Assembly (NCBI GenBank): GCA_964558725.1
Contig: CAZLFE010000005.1
Coordinates: 1-40,847, forward strand
Origin: an uncultured Nitrospiraceae bacterium
GTDB lineage: Bacteria > Nitrospirota > Thermodesulfovibrionia > Thermodesulfovibrionales > SM23-35
Direction: 5' to 3'
Length of the DNA: 40,847 nt
Shown here: positions 36,011 through 40,847 of the stretch, one piece after another
Position numbering within the stretch: position 1 is the first letter of the stretch
How the letters are laid out: each line of letters starts with the position of its first letter
Position numbers and translations under genes: made by a program
The notes under the pieces: generated by a model
Databases searched by the model: none
The model's input: the letters and a program-made list of their open reading frames with translations, nothing else
Told to the model about the DNA's origin: nothing

Positions 36011-37243
36011 TCATTGATATCTGGATATAATTGATGACGCATTGCTTCCACCGGGACCAAAATTGTTAATTAATACATTGTTTATTCTCGCTATCCGTGA
36101 TTTGTTGACCACATAATCAAGGTCGCAATCATTGTCTTTTACCTTATAATTAATTGTTGGCGGTATAAAATTATTAACTATACTGCCTATAGAAGCAGCA
36201 ATCTGAAGTAGACCACCTGCACTAAAAGGCTCTCCTATCATTGATTTAATAGAGCTCACAGGGATATTGAAAGCAAACTTGCCAAAAACATCCTTTATCG
36301 CCTTTGTCTCTAATCTGTCCTGTTCAGGTACAGAATTTGCCGAAGCACTTATATAATCTATATCTGTAATCCTCAATCCAGAATCTCTAACTGCTTTCTT
36401 CATACTTTCTCTTAATCCATCTGCTTCCGGATTATATTTACCCATTTTATAGGCATCAAAACAATTGCCTATGCCTTTAATCTCAGCATAAATATTTGCC
36501 TTTCTTCTTTTAGCATATTCCTCATCTTCTATCACTATAACCGCTGCTCCTTCACCTAATATGATTCCATTTCTTCTTTTATCAAAAGGGCAGGATAATT
36601 CTTCACCTTTGATACCGGCAAAAAAACCTAACCTGTAAAATCCAATAAAATTTATCAAAGCAAAACTCTCCACAGCTCCTACCAGAACTGCTTTAATTCG
36701 TCCCAATTTGATAAAATCTACTGCGTACTTTAATGCGTCTAAGCTTGATGTATAACCTGTAGAAATGGTTGTATTGAATCCTTGGATATTAAAGCGAATT
36801 GAGACCTGACTTGAAGCAGCATTTACCACTGTTCCAGGAAAAAGAGCAGCATCAGTGAAAAGAGGGCCTTCCTTTATTGCTCCTTTTTCAAATTCAGCAA
36901 AATTCCAAAGGGAAGACAAGGTAGTTCCTGTGCAGACACCTATGTCATCTGTATTTTTATAGTTAATTGTTAATTTTGCATCCTCTATTGCTAATTTTGC
37001 AGCAGAACACAATAGCCTTGCAGTTCTGTCAAGGCTTTTTAAACCTTTCAAGCCTAAAAAATCCGTGGGTTTAAAATTATTAATTTCACCACCCAACTTA
37101 CACTTAAACTCGCTTGTATCAAACCGATTGATTGGCTTAATCCCGGACCGGCCTTCCTTCAAAGCTGTCCAGAATTGTTCCTTTCCAATACCATTTGGAG
37201 CAATTACTCCTATGCCCGTTGTTACTATTCGTTTTTTACTCAT
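36011..37243 (-). CDS. beta-ketoacyl synthase-like protein lacking the catalytic triad (chain-length-factor-like partner)
   Basis: Collinear with FabF. The Cys loop reads ISTGYTSS (Cys->Tyr), the first His block YISASANSV (His->Ser), and the second His block SMIGEPFSAGG (His->Glu). Confidence 0.88.
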   Translation of the reverse strand: MSKKRIVTTGIGVIAPNGIGKEQFWTALKEGRSGIKPINRFDTSEFKCKLGGEINNFKPTDFLGLKGLKSLDRTARLLCSAAKLAIEDAKLTINYKNTDDIGVCTGTTLSSLWNFAEFEKGAIKEGPLFTDAALFPGTVVNAASSQVSIRFNIQGFNTTISTGYTSSLDALKYAVDFIKLGRIKAVLVGAVESFALINFIGFYRLGFFAGIKGEELSCPFDKRRNGIILGEGAAVIVIEDEEYAKRRKANIYAEIKGIGNCFDAYKMGKYNPEADGLRESMKKAVRDSGLRITDIDYISASANSVPEQDRLETKAIKDVFGKFAFNIPVSSIKSMIGEPFSAGGLLQIAASIGSIVNNFIPPTINYKVKDNDCDLDYVVNKSRIARINNVLINNFGPGGSNASSIISRYQ

Positions 37244-37246
37244 TTA

Positions 37247-37306
37247 CCCCGTGAGATATTTAAATTTAGTGCCAACCTATTTTGACCCTTTATTTATCTC
37301 ACGGGG
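37247..37306. mobile_element. 60-bp gene-less unit B with the same 12-bp inverted repeats (MITE-like or internal-deletion derivative)
   Basis: CCCCGTGAGATA (37247-37258), 36 nt, TATCTCACGGGG (37295-37306). It lies directly upstream of the KS-like gene start (37243) and 4 nt from cassette C. Confidence 0.45.
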
Positions 37307-37310
37307 TGAA

Positions 37311-37559
37311 CCCGTGAGATAATTCTTAAGACGATTCTTGAGATATCTTTTACCCCAGGCTGTCTTCAGATACTTCTCTCTCATTCTTGCATCGTGCATT
37401 TAAACAAGCTTCGAAATATATAATTTTAAATGGCTTTCTATTTTTAGTAGATTGGACATCACCATTATTATGTTCTTTAAACCGCCTCCTGAGGTCACGA
37501 GTCGAACCTGTATACCATTTATTATCTTTTAGGCTCTGTGAAACATATGTATAAATCAT
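37311..37559 (-). pseudogene. GIY-YIG nuclease family gene, copy 2, frameshifted
   Basis: Starts at ATG 37559 (MIYTYVSQSLKDNKWYTGST...). The ORF closes at 37350 after 69 codons. A 2-nt deletion relative to copy 1 lies around 37393-37398. The shifted frame still encodes DARMREKYLKTAWGKRYLKNRLKNYLTG, 27/28 identical to the copy 1 C-terminus. Confidence 0.7.
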
Positions 37560-37577
37560 AAATAATATCTCACGGGG
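37311..37577. mobile_element. 267-bp cassette C: frameshifted GIY-YIG ORF bounded by inverted repeats
   Basis: CCCGTGAGATA (37311-37321) and TATCTCACGGGG (37566-37577). The right end abuts the fabG stop codon (37578-37580). Confidence 0.6.
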
Positions 37578-38318
37578 TTAACTCATTCCACCATCTATAA
37601 CTATTGTCTGACCTGTAATATAGCTTGCCTCATCGCTGACTAAAAATTTCACCACCTTTGCCACTTCTTCCGGGCTCCCTAACCTTCCTAATGGTATCTG
37701 TTTTATTATCTGACTCTTATATTCTTCTTTTAAATCTTTAAGCATATCCGTCTCGATAAAACCAGGAGCAACTGCATTAACTCTGATATTATAGGATGCA
37801 ACTTCCTTAGCAAGAGATTTAGTAAAACCAATTATCCCTGCTTTAGAGGCAGCATAATTGGTCTGTCGTGGCAGACCTACGATTCCGCTTACTGAGGTAA
37901 TATTCGCGATAATGCCACTTTTCTGTTTTATAAATGTTATGATCGCGGCTTTGGTAAGATTGAATGTTCCATCTAAATTAGTATTAATTACTTCATGCCA
38001 ATCATTAAGTTCCATAAGGGCAAGTGCTTTATCTTTAATTACTCCGGCATTATTAACCACAATATCTATGCCACCAAATAATTCTTTAGTATTATCAACC
38101 CAGGATTTTACAGCATCATAGTCTCTAATATCCACCTGAAATGATTTAACGTTAACATCAAAATATTTTATTTCTTTTTCCAAATCCTCTGCATCTTCAT
38201 TACTTTTTAAGAAATTAAAACTAATATTCGCACCTCCCCTGGCTAATTCGATAGCAATAGCCCGCCCTATTCCTCTAGTAGCGCCACTAATGATAACAGT
38301 CTTATTCTTTAGTGACAT
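37578..38318 (-). CDS. fabG: 3-oxoacyl-ACP reductase (SDR)
   Basis: TGATRGIGRAIA cofactor motif, NNAG, and catalytic S...YxxxK (YAASKAG). I place the start at ATG 38318 (MSLKNKTVIISG). The track extension to 38369 adds 17 non-conserved residues. Confidence 0.92.
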   Translation of the reverse strand: MSLKNKTVIISGATRGIGRAIAIELARGGANISFNFLKSNEDAEDLEKEIKYFDVNVKSFQVDIRDYDAVKSWVDNTKELFGGIDIVVNNAGVIKDKALALMELNDWHEVINTNLDGTFNLTKAAIITFIKQKSGIIANITSVSGIVGLPRQTNYAASKAGIIGFTKSLAKEVASYNIRVNAVAPGFIETDMLKDLKEEYKSQIIKQIPLGRLGSPEEVAKVVKFLVSDEASYITGQTIVIDGGMS

Positions 38319-38578
38319 TTCCCGTATACGCCTTTTAAATCCATGTCTTGCATAGTTTACCATAACCAAAAAATGCCTCTAATATAAAGCCTTTTCTGCA
38401 ATTGGTAAGCATTTTTTGTGCTGAACAATCAGACTGATTAGCATTCAGAATCAGAACACAGATTACTTCGGTCGAAATGACCTCGTAATGACAACTAAAA
38501 ATTTTTTCTTTGCCTTATTCTTAAAAGTTTTACTTACTTTGTCTCCCCTGATGTGAGGAAAATCGGAGATGCTTCTAT

Positions 38579-40306
38579 TCATGACGAGGGGCTTTTTCTC
38601 TTTAGTATCTTTATGAGAGAATCATGACTCAAGGTATTCAGTATGTCTTCCTTTTCAAGCCAACCCCTTCTTGCGATAGAGACTCCATAAGCCATATAGT
38701 CGAAGTGGCTAATTATATGTGTATCTGTGCCTATTACCAGGGGTATTCCCTTTTCCTTTGCCATCCGTGCATGTACATCATTCAAATCGAGTCTTAAGGG
38801 GTAGGCATTTATCTCGATGGCAGTACCAGTTTCTTTCGCTACTTTAAGGACTTCATTGATGTCTATATCATAAGAATCCCTCTCTCCAATTAATCTGCCT
38901 GTTGGATGGGCAATAATGGACACAAAAGGGTTTTTCATTGCAGATACTAATCTCTTTGTAAGCTGTTCCCTGCTCTGCTTGAAACCTGAATGGATCGAAG
39001 CAACAACAATGTCCATCTTTTTCAGTACATCATCAGGGAGATCTAATCGGCCGTCGCTCCTTACATCTACCTCGATGCCAGTGAGAAGCCTGAATCCTTT
39101 CAACTTTTTATTGAATGCATCGATCTGTTTCTTCTCCTCCAACAACCTTTCTGCAGTTAGCCCTCGTGCGATACCGAGGCCTTTTGAGTGGTCAGTAATG
39201 GCTATGTAATGATATCCTCTCTTCCGGGCTTCTGCTACCAACTCCTCAAAATCATGGCTTCCATCACTCCATTTACTGTGTACGTGGAGATCACCTTTGA
39301 TGTCCCCAATCTCCACGAGTTTTGGCAGTCTCCCAGAGAGGGCAGCCTCTATTTCGCCTGTGTCCTCCCTCAACTCAGGAGGGATATAGGGAAGATCCAG
39401 AATCCTGTAAACATCCTCTTCCTCTTTTCCCCCAAGTCTCTTGTCATCTTTTTCTCTGAATATACCGTATTCATTTATCTTTAGACCTGATTTCACAGCC
39501 ATCTCTCTCAATCGTATGTTATGAGCCTTGCTACCCGTGAAGTAGGCAAGGGCAGCGCCAAAACTTTCTTCTTCAACAACGCGAAGGTCAACCTGCAGTC
39601 CTTCATGTATTATGACACTTGATTTTGTCGGTCCCTGCATAAGTATCTCCTTGATATGAGGCAGGTGAACAAAGGCTTTCATTACCTCTTTGGGATTTTC
39701 TGAGGTGGCCAATATGTCAATGTCCTTGATAGTCTCCTTCCACCTCCTGATGCTTCCTGCTACACTCAGGTTTTTAACAGGGGCTTTCTTTCTCAGGTGC
39801 TCGAGTATATCATTGGCAATAGGGAGAACCTTTCCCAAGGGCTGCCTTTCCATCCCCCTCTTCAGCATTTCAATACCCTTGAGTATATTTTCCTCTGTCT
39901 TTTCCTTAATTCCTGGCAGGCCAATAAGCTTATGTTCCCTGGCAAACCTTTCGAGAGTTTCTATATCTTTTACGTTTAATTTTTCGAAAAGAAGTTTTGC
40001 TGTTTTCGGGCCGAGGCTTGGTACGGAGAGGAGGGTGCTGAGACCTGCTGGCACCTCTTTTTTGAGGTCTTCATAGAACTGGAGCCTTCCTGTTTTAACA
40101 TATTCTTCAACCTTGCCTGCAAGATCCTGTCCAATTCCAGGGATCTTCATCAGTTCATCTTTTGGTGTTTCTGCAACATCCCTTGCGAAGCCTTCTATAT
40201 TCTGTGCAGCACGTCTGTAAGCCCTAATCCTGAAGGGGTTCTCCCCCTTAATTTCGAGCAGATCAGCAATGTCATTAAAGATTCTTGCGATCTCCTGGTT
40301 TTTCAT
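38579..40306 (-). CDS. polX: DNA polymerase X family protein with C-terminal PHP phosphoesterase domain
   Basis: N-terminal NQEIARIFNDIADLLE..NPFRIRAYRRAA (8-kDa/HhH), GSIRR, and PHP motifs (DLHVHSKWSDG, AITDH, GTDTH). I place the start at ATG 40306. Confidence 0.92.
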   Translation of the reverse strand: MKNQEIARIFNDIADLLEIKGENPFRIRAYRRAAQNIEGFARDVAETPKDELMKIPGIGQDLAGKVEEYVKTGRLQFYEDLKKEVPAGLSTLLSVPSLGPKTAKLLFEKLNVKDIETLERFAREHKLIGLPGIKEKTEENILKGIEMLKRGMERQPLGKVLPIANDILEHLRKKAPVKNLSVAGSIRRWKETIKDIDILATSENPKEVMKAFVHLPHIKEILMQGPTKSSVIIHEGLQVDLRVVEEESFGAALAYFTGSKAHNIRLREMAVKSGLKINEYGIFREKDDKRLGGKEEEDVYRILDLPYIPPELREDTGEIEAALSGRLPKLVEIGDIKGDLHVHSKWSDGSHDFEELVAEARKRGYHYIAITDHSKGLGIARGLTAERLLEEKKQIDAFNKKLKGFRLLTGIEVDVRSDGRLDLPDDVLKKMDIVVASIHSGFKQSREQLTKRLVSAMKNPFVSIIAHPTGRLIGERDSYDIDINEVLKVAKETGTAIEINAYPLRLDLNDVHARMAKEKGIPLVIGTDTHIISHFDYMAYGVSIARRGWLEKEDILNTLSHDSLIKILKRKSPSS

Positions 40307-40444
40307 AAGAAAAGTATAGCAGATTATTCTTCCTTGATAAATGAAGGTTTTTTTGAAGGCTTTTAATAGTTCAAAAAGATAGAAACATAGTATGGCGTGA
40401 CAGATTATTACCAATTAAAGCACATAGTATGAAGTAAAAATGCG

Positions 40445-40674
40445 ATGGGTAAAAGGCAGATAGAGGTCGTAGATGCTGTGATGGCTGAAATATATAAAAA
40501 AAGACACCAATGGAGCGGATTCAAATTGCCTTTGGGTTGTGGCACTCAGTCAGAACACAGTTATTCAACTGTCTTCGTTCTTTGCATCCTGATTGGAATG
40601 AACGACAGATACAACAAGAGGTTGTGAGGTGGATTTCTCACTCACCCCATCTCTTCAATAATCGCTGCTGCTAA
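40445..40674 (+). pseudogene. small ORF split by a frameshift at an A7 run
   Basis: Frame 0: MGKRQIEVVDAVMAEIYKK, which then drifts into low-quality sequence. The -1 frame from 40501 reads KTPMERIQIAFGLWHSVRTQLFNCLRSLHPDWNERQIQQEVVRWISHSP..., open to TAA at 40672-40674. The junction is A7 at 40496-40502. Confidence 0.5.
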
Positions 40675-40847
40675 GAGGGGGAACATGATTTCATGGTGTC
40701 CCGTAAGGGCATAAGCAAAGCCCTTGTGTATGGTAGGCCTCTTGAGGACATTTTCTCTCGGTCTGTAATGCTGGATAAAGTCCATATTTACTGTTGTTAT
40801 ATTCTCAACCCTGTTGCCAAGATTCCTCGCCACTGTCAGGGCCTTTA
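40642..40847 (-). CDS. C-terminal fragment of an unidentified protein (open to the window edge)
   Basis: The reading frame stays open from the window end down to the stop at 40642-40644. I recognise no family from the 68 visible residues. Confidence 0.45.
   Translation of the reverse strand, partial: KALTVARNLGNRVENITTVNMDFIQHYRPRENVLKRPTIHKGFAYALTGHHEIMFPLLAAAIIEEMG

Noticed and set aside
35023-37577. Recurring 12-mers considered as a CRISPR array
   Set aside because: The copies alternate in inverted orientation. Spacings are irregular (244, 36 and 4 nt, and about 2 kb). The intervening DNA is protein-coding. There are no cas genes.
19765-38318. Reading the accessory half of the window as a defence island or prophage
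   Set aside because: There is no integrase, transposase, phage structural gene, toxin-antitoxin pair or recognisable defence gene. The content is signalling and biosynthetic. The only nuclease-type genes are the two small GIY-YIG cassettes.
38319-38480. Promoter for the FAS-like operon upstream of fabG
   Set aside because: The only TTGCAG/TATATT pair I found has a 9-nt spacer. I could not support any convincing -35/-10 combination.

Overview
About 40% GC bacterial chromosomal window. I cannot assign taxonomy from sequence alone. It has three parts. (1) 88-18977, minus strand: a complete, tightly packed division/cell-wall (dcw) cluster in canonical order: mraZ-rsmH-ftsL-ftsI-murE-murF-mraY-[DD-carboxypeptidase]-murD-ftsW-murG-murC-murB-ddl-ftsQ-ftsA-ftsZ. 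A sigma70-like promoter and three GTGGN boxes spaced 10 bp apart lie upstream of mraZ. The odd features are the extra S11 DD-carboxypeptidase between mraY and murD, and a set of period-7/8 microrepeats and small palindromes. These lie at gene boundaries and also in frame inside murC, murD (two sites), murE (two sites), ftsW and the carboxypeptidase signal peptide. (2) 19371-32499: HU, an MTH1187-type small protein, a DHH-CBS-poly(A) polymerase/CCA-type nucleotidyltransferase fusion, then a dense c-di-GMP and two-component block. That block holds two GAF-GGDEF cyclases, an orphan 77-codon ORF, a REC-HD-GYP phosphodiesterase, a histidine-kinase-like protein lacking the phospho-His, and a polytopic GAF histidine kinase. 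(3) 32509-38318, minus strand: an accessory-looking type II FAS/PKS-like operon: fabG - KS-like protein with no catalytic triad - divergent ACP - FabZ-type dehydratase - FabF-like KS - second KS. It sits 9 nt upstream of the sensor kinase. Its intercistronic gaps are occupied by two ~268-bp cassettes, each a small GIY-YIG nuclease ORF bounded by perfect 12-bp inverted repeats (CCCCGTGAGATA / TATCTCACGGGG). A 60-bp gene-less unit with the same ends and a degenerate end-to-end copy are also present. I consider the TIR-bounded GIY-YIG cassettes, and the FAS-like operon that hosts them and may be wired to c-di-GMP signalling, the most interesting content. The window ends with PolX-PHP, a small ORF split at an A7 run, and a partial minus-strand ORF. 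I saw no rRNA, tRNA or CRISPR.
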